Made by a program: the position numbers and the translations under genes. Shown one piece after another: positions 1 through 7,481 of a DNA stretch of 16,932 nt. Source of the stretch: Candidatus Heimdallarchaeota archaeon (lineage in GTDB: Archaea; Asgardarchaeota; Heimdallarchaeia; Heimdallarchaeales; Heimdallarchaeaceae); NCBI GenBank assembly GCA_019057375.1, contig DXJF01000147.1, positions 1 through 16,932 on the forward strand. The letters are read 5' to 3'. The notes under the pieces were generated by a model, which saw only the letters and a list, made by a program, of their open reading frames with translations, was not told the DNA's origin and ran no database searches. The stretch's first letter is position 1. Every line of letters starts with the position of its first letter.

Positions 1-2
1 AA

Positions 3-878
3 GAAAAACTCTTTCTTATTGGAGCTAGTGGAAGCGGTAAAACAACGCTGGTGAATATAGTTGCTGGAATTACTAAACCCACTTCTGGTAAAGTTTTTTG
101 GAAAGATCTTTCTAAAGATATTACTAGATCAAGCTTGGAAGAGATAATTAAAGCCAGAAGGGCTTTTGCGGGAGTAGTTTTTCAAGATAGTCGATTACTT
201 CCTCATTTAACTGTAAAGGAAAATATTGAACTTGCAGGCTTTTATGCTAAGGTTTCCCCTAGAATCATGAAAAAGCGAGCAGAATTTCTATTGCAATTTC
301 TTGGTATTTGGGACAAAAGGAACAAAAGAGAAAATACCTTGTCTGGAGGAGAGAAGAAGAGAGCTGCTATTGCAACTACTCTAATAACAAATCCAAGGAT
401 ATTAATTGGAGATGAACCAACGGGTGATTTAGACGTTGTTACTGCTGAAAGTATTCTCGATTTATTTGATCGTATAAATGAAGAATTAGGAATTGCTCTT
501 TGTATTGTAACTCACTCCCAACAAGTTGCTGCTCGAGCAGATAGAATATTAGAGATAAAAGATGGGATAATTATAGGCCGCCATGGAAGAGAAGTAATAC
601 TAAGAAAGCTTGATGAAAGTCGTTTACTCGAAATAGATAGACAAGAGAGATTGGTTCTCCCCAGAGAAATTCTTCAGAGTATAAACAACCCCACTCATTT
701 CACTGCATCTACAAAAGAAGGAAAAATAATCCTAAATCCTGTCTTTGACCCAAATCTTTACAAAAACAATATACAAGATGTTATTACATGCTCAGTGTGT
801 GGAAAGCTAGTCGGAAATAGCGAACGCTTCTGTAATTCTTGTGGTTCTACAATTACTAGTAAAAAGGGAACGAAATGA
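3..878 (+). CDS. ABC transporter ATP-binding protein (LolD/FtsE/MacB-like), 5'-truncated, with C-terminal AbrB-like domain and zinc ribbon
   Basis: Frame is open from base 3 (EKLFLIGASGSGKTTLVNI, Walker A), so the start lies before the window and the GTG at 51 is internal. Q-loop VFQD, signature LSGGEKKR, Walker B/D-loop ILIGDEPTGDLD, H-switch IVTHS. Tail has EIDRQERLVLPREIL and CSVCG-x8-FCNSCG. Confidence 0.9.
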   Translation, partial: EKLFLIGASGSGKTTLVNIVAGITKPTSGKVFWKDLSKDITRSSLEEIIKARRAFAGVVFQDSRLLPHLTVKENIELAGFYAKVSPRIMKKRAEFLLQFLGIWDKRNKRENTLSGGEKKRAAIATTLITNPRILIGDEPTGDLDVVTAESILDLFDRINEELGIALCIVTHSQQVAARADRILEIKDGIIIGRHGREVILRKLDESRLLEIDRQERLVLPREILQSINNPTHFTASTKEGKIILNPVFDPNLYKNNIQDVITCSVCGKLVGNSERFCNSCGSTITSKKGTK

Positions 879-1345
879 GTAAGGAAAAAAAATCTTGGAA
901 GGCAAAAGAAGTAGATGATATACAATCAGAATATCAAGCACAAGAAAAAGATAAATCACCTCAAAAAATCAAGATAAATTGGCCAAAAATAGCTCTATTA
1001 GGATTTTTTTCTTCAGTTGTCTTTATTGTTATTGATGTAATTATAATACTGATCTTTTATTTTGGGTTTGGTACTGAAATAGTGTTTATCTTATTTTTCA
1101 TGCAGTATGTCATATTAGGAGAGGCAGGGTTGGTCATCTTTATTGGAGCCTGTTTTGGGAATTTTGGACAATCAACACTATTTTCTAACCTCAAAGAAAG
1201 ACTTATTGGTTCGGACCCTATTTCTAAAGATAGTTTCAGAGAAGCTACATTTAACTCCTTTACATACTATTTTGGAGGAGGATTTCTCATATTATATGGC
1301 CTCGTTTTATGGCAAGTTCTTAGGTTAGCGGTTCTTTTAAACTAA
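875..1345 (+). CDS. Hypothetical membrane protein (~3 TM helices, charged N-terminus)
   Basis: 156-aa ORF whose ATG overlaps the upstream TGA stop (ATGA coupling). Three long hydrophobic segments. No family recognised. Confidence 0.75.
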   Translation: MSKEKKSWKAKEVDDIQSEYQAQEKDKSPQKIKINWPKIALLGFFSSVVFIVIDVIIILIFYFGFGTEIVFILFFMQYVILGEAGLVIFIGACFGNFGQSTLFSNLKERLIGSDPISKDSFREATFNSFTYYFGGGFLILYGLVLWQVLRLAVLLN

Positions 1346-1547
1346 TCAGAACTCATTATGATAATTAAATCCAATAATTAAAATCAAAAAGACAACTTGT
1401 GAAATAAAACCAGTTTAATTATTAGAATGAAAACTTTGAAATCAAAATGAATAATTAAAATGGAAACCCAAAACACTTATTAACGAGTTAACCAACTCTT
1501 TTCTTGCTTCCACTAACACTTTTTATGTATAAAGTGGAATTTTGAAA

Positions 1548-1553
1548 AGGTGA
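1548..1553 (+). promoter_or_regulatory. Shine-Dalgarno motif AGGTGA of the solute-binding protein gene
   Basis: AGGTGA lies 8 nt before ATG 1562. The GTG called as start in the ORF track is part of this motif. The same motif precedes the ferredoxin and TrmB-like genes. Confidence 0.65.
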
Positions 1554-1561
1554 AAAAAACA

Positions 1562-3355
1562 ATGAATAAAAAAGTAATTTTGGGTTTAAGCCTTGTTGTC
1601 TTATTTGGATTATCCATGGCACTAGGTCAAACACAAGCTCAGGAAACTGAGTTGCAAGAAGTTTTTTCGATTAACTTGTTGTCACCCAATACAAGCGCCG
1701 CTAGAAATCAATGGTCATTATTGATGGAAAATCAATTACCAAAAATTGGTATTGGTATAGATTTCCATGAATCCACTGGATGGGGTAACATTGCCCCCCG
1801 TTCATGGGCATATCCATTACTTGACTTTGATTACATTCCAACCTATGCAGAAGGTGGTTATGATATCCTCTTCGTTGGTTGGTCTTGGGGTCTTGATTGG
1901 GATCCAACAGGTCTATTTGACTCTCCAAGTTTACCACCATATGGTGATAACCATTACCAGTACGTGAACACAGCATACGATGATAAATTGATGCAATACT
2001 TAACAGAGTTAGATCAACCAACTCAAATTGGTTATGCAAAAGAAATACAAGCTATGCTCTATGAAGACTTACCAGCTATCGTTCTTATCTATCCAAAATC
2101 CCTCTTTGGTTTCAAGGAAGGACTTACTGGAATTGATGCACTGCTATTAGGAGCAGGTTCACCAAGATATGAATTCTGGGATGACCCAGCAGACAATGTA
2201 ATTAAATACGCTATACCTGCAGATCTAAAAGAATACAACATGTTCGTTTTATCATCATTCTATGATTCTCAATGGATGCAAGGAGTTTATGGAAGTCTCT
2301 ATCAAAGAGCACAAACCACCAATCTCTGGGAACCACAAATCGCAGCAGGTTTTCCAACTTACAGTTCTGATAATAAGAACATAACAGTTGATATAGATCC
2401 TGACGCTAAATTTAGCAGTGGTGAAGCTGTTCTTGCTGAAGATTTCGTATATACTATGCAACTTCACTTGACTCCAGCAGTTAGTTCAGTAGACTATAGT
2501 TATTACAAAACTTGGTATGAAACAAATGCTTCAATATATGCAGAAGGTGACCATATAGTTCATTTCAACATGACTGACGTGAACGCGTTTGCTTTAGGAA
2601 CAATCTCCTTTGGTATTATTGACAAAAGCGTTGTTGAACCATTGGTAGGCACATTGGGATATGTCATCTTCACAGATCCACCATTAACTGGTGGTGCCGG
2701 AGATGCTCTAGTTATGTCTTGTGGTCCATTTGTTCTAGATGCATATGATACAGTCACTAGCACTGTAAAACTTGTTCCAAACACATACTATGCAGATCTA
2801 GCAGATTATGATGCTCCTCTGTTATCAGAATGGTATATGACCTACATCGCTGGTAAAGATACAGCAGTAGCATCATTAATCGATGGAACTGTAGATATCA
2901 TAGACGCACAATACTTCCCAGTTGTTGCAGATTTCATACCAGCTGGTGTTGAAGGTATTCTCGTAAGTGATCCATCTCATCAAGAAATGTCTATCAACAT
3001 GAAACATCCTGTCTTTGGAACTGGTGAGTTAACCCCTGTAGGAACTCCTGCAGCAGCTAAAGCAGTCCGTAAAGCAATCAGTCATTCTGTACCACGTCAG
3101 GTTATTGTAGATCAAATTCTAGAAGGTCTTGGTTCACCTGGTGTAACCCCATGTCCTATTGTATCAGTAGCATATGATCCCTCACTAGAAGCATATGCAT
3201 ATGATCTTGATCTCGCAATCGAATACATGGAAGATGCTGGTTTTGAGGTATATAAAACAATACCACCAGTAACTACAACTGGAATTGCTGGATTAGTATT
3301 CCTATCCTTCTTAGGATTGGCATCAATTTTAGCTTTCAGAAGATACAGAAAATAA
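1562..3355 (+). CDS. Family-5 (OppA/DppA-type) ABC solute-binding protein, membrane anchored, apparently circularly permuted
   Basis: Signal peptide MNKKVILGLSLVVLFGLSMALGQTQA. Family-5 motifs PQIAAGFPTYSSDNKNITV..AKFSSGEAVLAEDFVYT, CGPFVL, VRKAISHSVPRQVIV, AYAYDLDLAIEYMEDAG, NQLPKIGI, YDILFVGW. C-terminal Thr/Pro linker, TM helix and RRYRK tail. Confidence 0.88.
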   Translation: MNKKVILGLSLVVLFGLSMALGQTQAQETELQEVFSINLLSPNTSAARNQWSLLMENQLPKIGIGIDFHESTGWGNIAPRSWAYPLLDFDYIPTYAEGGYDILFVGWSWGLDWDPTGLFDSPSLPPYGDNHYQYVNTAYDDKLMQYLTELDQPTQIGYAKEIQAMLYEDLPAIVLIYPKSLFGFKEGLTGIDALLLGAGSPRYEFWDDPADNVIKYAIPADLKEYNMFVLSSFYDSQWMQGVYGSLYQRAQTTNLWEPQIAAGFPTYSSDNKNITVDIDPDAKFSSGEAVLAEDFVYTMQLHLTPAVSSVDYSYYKTWYETNASIYAEGDHIVHFNMTDVNAFALGTISFGIIDKSVVEPLVGTLGYVIFTDPPLTGGAGDALVMSCGPFVLDAYDTVTSTVKLVPNTYYADLADYDAPLLSEWYMTYIAGKDTAVASLIDGTVDIIDAQYFPVVADFIPAGVEGILVSDPSHQEMSINMKHPVFGTGELTPVGTPAAAKAVRKAISHSVPRQVIVDQILEGLGSPGVTPCPIVSVAYDPSLEAYAYDLDLAIEYMEDAGFEVYKTIPPVTTTGIAGLVFLSFLGLASILAFRRYRK

Positions 3356-3365
3356 AGTTCTAAAC

Positions 3366-3397
3366 TTTTTTCTTTTTCTTTTTTTTATTTTAATTTT
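3366..3397 (+). terminator. Oligo-T archaeal terminator after the solute-binding protein gene
   Basis: Several T runs (tttttt c ttttt c tttttttt a tttt) directly after the stop at 3355, in the gap before the convergent gene. Confidence 0.6.
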
Positions 3398-3426
3398 AAA
3401 AAACAGATGAGTTTCTAATTAAGATT

Positions 3427-6396
3427 CTAGTTATAAATCCTTAAAGTAGTTTTGCAGTATGGGCATCTCTCGTTTTCTTTTATCCAATCAACGAGATGTT
3501 TTATGTGAAACAGATGTTCACAAAATGGACATTCGATAGCATTTTCATAAACAGGTTGAAAGCACACCATACATTTTTGCTCTCTTAACTCAGCTAGTTG
3601 TTTTCCTTTTATTACTACTTTCTTGAAGAATTTAGCTATTTTAGATAGATTCTCTGCTACAATTATTGTTTCTTCTGTAATTTTTACTTTTTCCATTTTT
3701 CTTGGAGTGACATCACTTACCGTCGCATTTTTTGTTAAATAATCAATATAATTTCCGAGTATTGCTTTATCAATAAAAGGATCACCAACAACAATCAGTT
3801 TTTTCTTTGCCCTTGTAGCAGCAACATTTAACCGTCTTGCATCTGCAAAACCTCTCTTACTCTTTGTAGTAGATTCGGTTAAAGAAAGAACAATTAATTC
3901 ACAATCACTCCCTTGAAAACGATCAACAGTATCAACAGTTATCGTAGGAGAGAGATTTCTTCTAATTTCTGCAACCTGTCCTCGGTAAGGACAAATTATT
4001 CCTATTTGATCTGTTGTTAAACCAAAATCTAAAAAATTAGTAATTAATTCACTTACTACTTCAGCTTCTTCAACATTATACTTTTTCTCGGGATCAAAAA
4101 TACCATGAACTGGTATGAAGATTAAGGGATGTTTTGGGTCATATATTTCTGGACATTTAAATTTTGAATAATCCCCTCTGTAATTGGCTAATTCTAAAAG
4201 ATTCTGAAATTTAACTAGATCATCGAAGGATTTGAGTTTATTATCATAAAATCTGTCATTAGAAAATTCTATAAGTTTTTCATTCATCCTAAACTGATGA
4301 GTTAACAGATGTGTAGAGGTAGGATTACTCTCAGCTAACCGCTCAAACAATGAAATGCCCATATTTTCCTTTTGTGCTTTAAGACTTTGAACCACGGGAG
4401 GTAGTTGCTTATGATCACCTACCAAAATGAACCTGTTTCCTTCAAGTAAAGAAGATAAAATTGTTGGTTCAGTCATCTGACTCGCTTCATCAATGATAAT
4501 AGTTTGAATTCCTAATTTCTCATAAACTGGATTAGAAATAGTAGTGGTTGTAGCTACAATAATTGGATACTCTCCTAAAATTTCTCTAATGGATTTCTCA
4601 GGATTTTGTTTTTTGTAAAAGTCTAAAGTGTAATCTCGAATATCTTTTTGAATCGAATGAGAAGAACCGATTCTAATAAAATTATGAAATTCATTTTCTA
4701 GTAGATATTTACACACATTATCTACAGCTCTATTAGTAAATGCTGTAATTAGAATTGTTTGTCCCTGTTTAGCTAGCTCAATAGCCGATTTAGCTATCAC
4801 ATAAGTTTTTCCTGTGCCTGCAGGACCTTGAATAAGAGAGTAGTTTTTTGTTCCAAGAATCTTTTCAACAGCTTCATTTTGTGTAGGATTACTAGGAATA
4901 TATTTTCCTTTTACAGGTTCGGTTTCAGATTTACTAGCTTGAATAACTAATTCACGGAAAGGATTTCTTTTGAAAAGAAGATTAAACAAACCTCTTTGTT
5001 GTCTTCTAAAACCAACGTCTATTGAGTACATATCAATAGTTGAAACTGATTCTTGAGTTGATCTGGTTTCGATTTCTATTGATGTATTTGAAATGCCTGA
5101 AATCACCCCAGTACTTACAAAACCTTGCTTGATTCGCCCTTTACTTAAAACGACAATATCACCCTCACGAAGCTCACTGTTATTTTTACAAGAATATAAC
5201 AATCTAGTTGTACTACCTTCTTTTATCTCATTTTCCAAAGATAAATCAGCTATTGCTTTTCCTTTGTCAATTCTTTGATCAACTGAAAGTTTCCACAAAT
5301 CAGAAAGATTTCTTGCAGACTCGCTTTTATCAAATCTAATTAGTTTTGAAAATTTGTTAAAATACTCGATGTGAGTATCAGGTAGAAATTTCTTTGTACA
5401 GAGTTGTTCATGAGGACATATAGAGCAACTACGTTCTTGATTCAGGCCTGCACAAACTAAAGCACAATAGTGTTTTACAAAACAATTTCTGCATCTGTTT
5501 TGCTGAGATTCAGGAAGAATTGGAGGAACATAACCAAGATGGGAAATTCTGTAAGCGATGTTTCTATGCACCATACCATATCTCAAGAGTCCCCAATTAG
5601 GATTAGCAATTTTTTGAACAAGTTTATTTGTTCCAACATAGATAACACTTCCATCTCCAGGAGGGGATTCGTCTATATCAGTTTGAAGACCATATCGATA
5701 AAGAGATACTTGAAGAAGATCAGAAAAGCGAATATCCTTCTCTTCTGAAACTTTCCCAGTTTTTAACTCGTAGATTTTGTTGTCACTAAAGAGATCGATT
5801 CTACCTCTGATTCCGAAGAATGGAGAGAGGAATAAGATTTCAGGCAAAGCATTTGGAGGGAGATTTTCAACAAAAGAATCTAAACTTTCTGTCATTTTTC
5901 TAACATCTTGAAACACAGTCTCTTTCTTGTACCCAAAAATCTCATATTGAAGAGAAAAACTATCAAGAACCTTAGATAATTCCTCAGAGGGTTTAGAATT
6001 GTTGGATACAGCTAAACTAAGAGCATCATGAACAATGGAACCCCTAACAGCTATGTAAGGAGATGGAGTATCACCAACGATTTCATTGATATAATAACTT
6101 CGAGGGCAAAAGGATACGCTGTTAGCCGCTGTGGCATACATTAGAATATCAGGATCAACTACGACAATAGATTTAGAACCAGCTGAAAAATAGTAAGATT
6201 CATCATCTGCTATTTTATCAACATTAAAAATCTTCAAGGGGGTATATGGTTGGAGGTAATCTCCAATTTCGTGCCAGGGAGACCAAAGGTTAAGTATGAA
6301 GTGTTCTTTATCTACATCAATAAGTATAGTAGAAAGAGGATTGTTGCCTTCTTTTTGAGAGAGAGTTTTCAAGAACACACAGTCTAGATTAAGCAT
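3427..6396 (-). CDS. dna2: Dna2-like Fe-S nuclease / SF1B (Upf1-like) helicase with C-terminal RING-finger domain
   Basis: Probable start ATG 6396 (989 aa); the ORF-track extension to 6642 is intergenic-like and overlaps the longin gene. Dna2-type PDILMYATAANSVSFCPR, RecB/PD-(D/E)xK motifs EILF..GRID..ELKTG and QVSLY, Fe-S Cys set CPR...CRNC-x5-C. Helicase motifs GPAGTGKT, IIDEASQ, VGDHKQLPPV, QFRM, TVDRFQG, RRLNVAATRAK. RING-like CMVC-x10-CPFCEHLFHIKHL..W-x6-CPYC. Confidence 0.88.
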   Translation of the reverse strand: MLNLDCVFLKTLSQKEGNNPLSTILIDVDKEHFILNLWSPWHEIGDYLQPYTPLKIFNVDKIADDESYYFSAGSKSIVVVDPDILMYATAANSVSFCPRSYYINEIVGDTPSPYIAVRGSIVHDALSLAVSNNSKPSEELSKVLDSFSLQYEIFGYKKETVFQDVRKMTESLDSFVENLPPNALPEILFLSPFFGIRGRIDLFSDNKIYELKTGKVSEEKDIRFSDLLQVSLYRYGLQTDIDESPPGDGSVIYVGTNKLVQKIANPNWGLLRYGMVHRNIAYRISHLGYVPPILPESQQNRCRNCFVKHYCALVCAGLNQERSCSICPHEQLCTKKFLPDTHIEYFNKFSKLIRFDKSESARNLSDLWKLSVDQRIDKGKAIADLSLENEIKEGSTTRLLYSCKNNSELREGDIVVLSKGRIKQGFVSTGVISGISNTSIEIETRSTQESVSTIDMYSIDVGFRRQQRGLFNLLFKRNPFRELVIQASKSETEPVKGKYIPSNPTQNEAVEKILGTKNYSLIQGPAGTGKTYVIAKSAIELAKQGQTILITAFTNRAVDNVCKYLLENEFHNFIRIGSSHSIQKDIRDYTLDFYKKQNPEKSIREILGEYPIIVATTTTISNPVYEKLGIQTIIIDEASQMTEPTILSSLLEGNRFILVGDHKQLPPVVQSLKAQKENMGISLFERLAESNPTSTHLLTHQFRMNEKLIEFSNDRFYDNKLKSFDDLVKFQNLLELANYRGDYSKFKCPEIYDPKHPLIFIPVHGIFDPEKKYNVEEAEVVSELITNFLDFGLTTDQIGIICPYRGQVAEIRRNLSPTITVDTVDRFQGSDCELIVLSLTESTTKSKRGFADARRLNVAATRAKKKLIVVGDPFIDKAILGNYIDYLTKNATVSDVTPRKMEKVKITEETIIVAENLSKIAKFFKKVVIKGKQLAELREQKCMVCFQPVYENAIECPFCEHLFHIKHLVDWIKENERCPYCKTTLRIYN

Positions 6397-6430
6397 TGTT
6401 GATACTAAATCTAGAAAATAATAAATAAAC

Positions 6431-6440
6431 ATGTGGGTAA
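6431..6440 (-). promoter_or_regulatory. TTACCCACAT motif immediately upstream of a TATA-like element of the Dna2-RING gene
   Basis: Minus strand reads TTACCCACAT-G-TTTATTTA, with the TATA-like box about 26-33 nt before ATG 6396. An identical 10-mer lies at 12424-12433 upstream of rfcL. Confidence 0.4.
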
Positions 6441-6549
6441 AAATGAGGGAAAGGAAAATGTATCTAGGATTTTTGTTGAAACCAAATTTTAAAATGTATC
6501 CACAAACAACGTTTAGTTTGAAGAACAAAATGTAATAAAGTGAATAAAA

Positions 6550-7026
6550 ATGGCAGACGATGTTTTTATTATTGATAGTAGTGGGGTTCCTTATTATAGT
6601 AGATGTTTTGGAGGAGAAACCTGTAAAATGAGACCAGATCATACACTACAAACAGGATTTTTAGCAGCGCTATATGCGTTTTCAAAAGAATCATATGGAC
6701 AACAGGAAATAAAAACAGTTGTCTTTTCAGACTTAAAATTGCATTTCAGAGTAGATAACGAAAGAGATGTGATAGTAGTATTTACTACACCAATGAGTGA
6801 AACAGATGAAGAAGTGAAAAATCAAATGGATATGACATACGGAGCATTTCTTGAATTGTATGAGAATCAAATAGGAAGAGGTTATGCAGAACCTGCAGTT
6901 TTCGATGGATTTGATGAAGTCTTATACAATTTGAAAGTTGTCAAATCTAAATCAATGGGTATGATAAATTTAGGAGAAAAAGTGCGAGGATGGAAAAGAC
7001 TGTTTAAAAAATATAAGCATAAATAG
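6550..7026 (+). CDS. Longin-domain protein (Asgard eukaryotic-signature type)
   Basis: Pattern VFIIDSSGVPYYSRCF / LQTGFLAALYAFSKE / IKTVVF..LHFRV..IVVF / FLELYE..VFDGFDEVL matches the beta-hairpin, helix, three-strand, two-helix layout of longin domains as I recall them from Asgard proteins. Confidence 0.72.
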   Translation: MADDVFIIDSSGVPYYSRCFGGETCKMRPDHTLQTGFLAALYAFSKESYGQQEIKTVVFSDLKLHFRVDNERDVIVVFTTPMSETDEEVKNQMDMTYGAFLELYENQIGRGYAEPAVFDGFDEVLYNLKVVKSKSMGMINLGEKVRGWKRLFKKYKHK

Positions 7027-7051
7027 AAAAAAAGTGAGAAGAATTACCGAT

Positions 7052-7225
7052 TTACTCGTAATCAATACATTCGTTTGGACATTCATCTATGCATAGTCCG
7101 CAATCTGTACATTCTTCTTTTCTTGTTGTCACTGCTACATCTTTTAAATCATATACATTCTCTGGACAGATGTCCACACAAGCACCGCATGCTATACAAC
7201 ATTCTGCATCTACTACTGTTGGCAT
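7052..7225 (-). CDS. fdx: 2x[4Fe-4S] dicluster ferredoxin, 57 aa (not in the ORF track)
   Basis: Manual translation: MPTVVDAECCIACGACVDICPENVYDLKDVAVTTRKEECTDCGLCIDECPNECIDYE*. Two CxxCxxCxxxCP motifs; AGGTGA RBS at 7234-7239. Confidence 0.95.
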   Translation of the reverse strand: MPTVVDAECCIACGACVDICPENVYDLKDVAVTTRKEECTDCGLCIDECPNECIDYE

Positions 7226-7322
7226 TTTTTATTTCACCTAGTGTTTGAAATCCTTTTTTTACTCCTCTTTTTAAACTCTTCTCTCAAGCCATGTCTCCCC
7301 GCATTCTTCTGCATTTCAAGTT

Positions 7323-7342
7323 ATTCATTCATTCATTCATTC
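7323..7342. repeat. Tetranucleotide microsatellite (ATTC)x5
   Basis: Five perfect ATTC units in the intergenic region upstream of the ferredoxin. Confidence 0.85.
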
Positions 7343-7450
7343 CAATGTCAATTTGTTCACACCAAATCAACTTTTTCTATCCTCTCTTCGTATAAAGAAC
7401 AGTTAGCATCTGTTTACAATAAATCTAACTATGTTTTATAATACTCGTGC

Positions 7451-7470
7451 AAATAAAAAATAAAAAATAA
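7451..7470 (-). terminator. T-rich terminator after the TrmB-like gene
   Basis: Minus strand TTATTTTTTATTTTTTATTT begins 12 nt past the stop at 7482. Confidence 0.5.
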
Positions 7471-7481
7471 TCTGAACTAGA

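Noticed and set aside
1143-2784. Short alternative-frame ORFs 1143-1328, 1701-2039, 1767-1967, 2255-2467, 2560-2784
   Set aside because: Fully nested in well-supported genes, with no motifs; typical shadow ORFs.
5093-5748. Plus-strand ORFs 5093-5278 and 5470-5748
   Set aside because: Antisense to the Dna2-like gene, with no recognisable features.
5398-6130. Cas4 / CRISPR adaptation gene
   Set aside because: The Cas4-like Fe-S nuclease is fused to an Upf1-like helicase with a Dna2-type N-terminus; no cas1/cas2 or array is nearby.
6397-6642. 82-aa N-terminal extension of the helicase given in the ORF track
   Set aside because: Aromatic-rich translation typical of AT-rich intergenic DNA; it overlaps the longin gene; TATA spacing fits a start at 6396.
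7241-7441. 66-aa plus-strand ORF in the ferredoxin upstream region
   Set aside because: F/L/S-rich translation of pyrimidine-rich DNA, TTG/GTG-type start without RBS, no motif.
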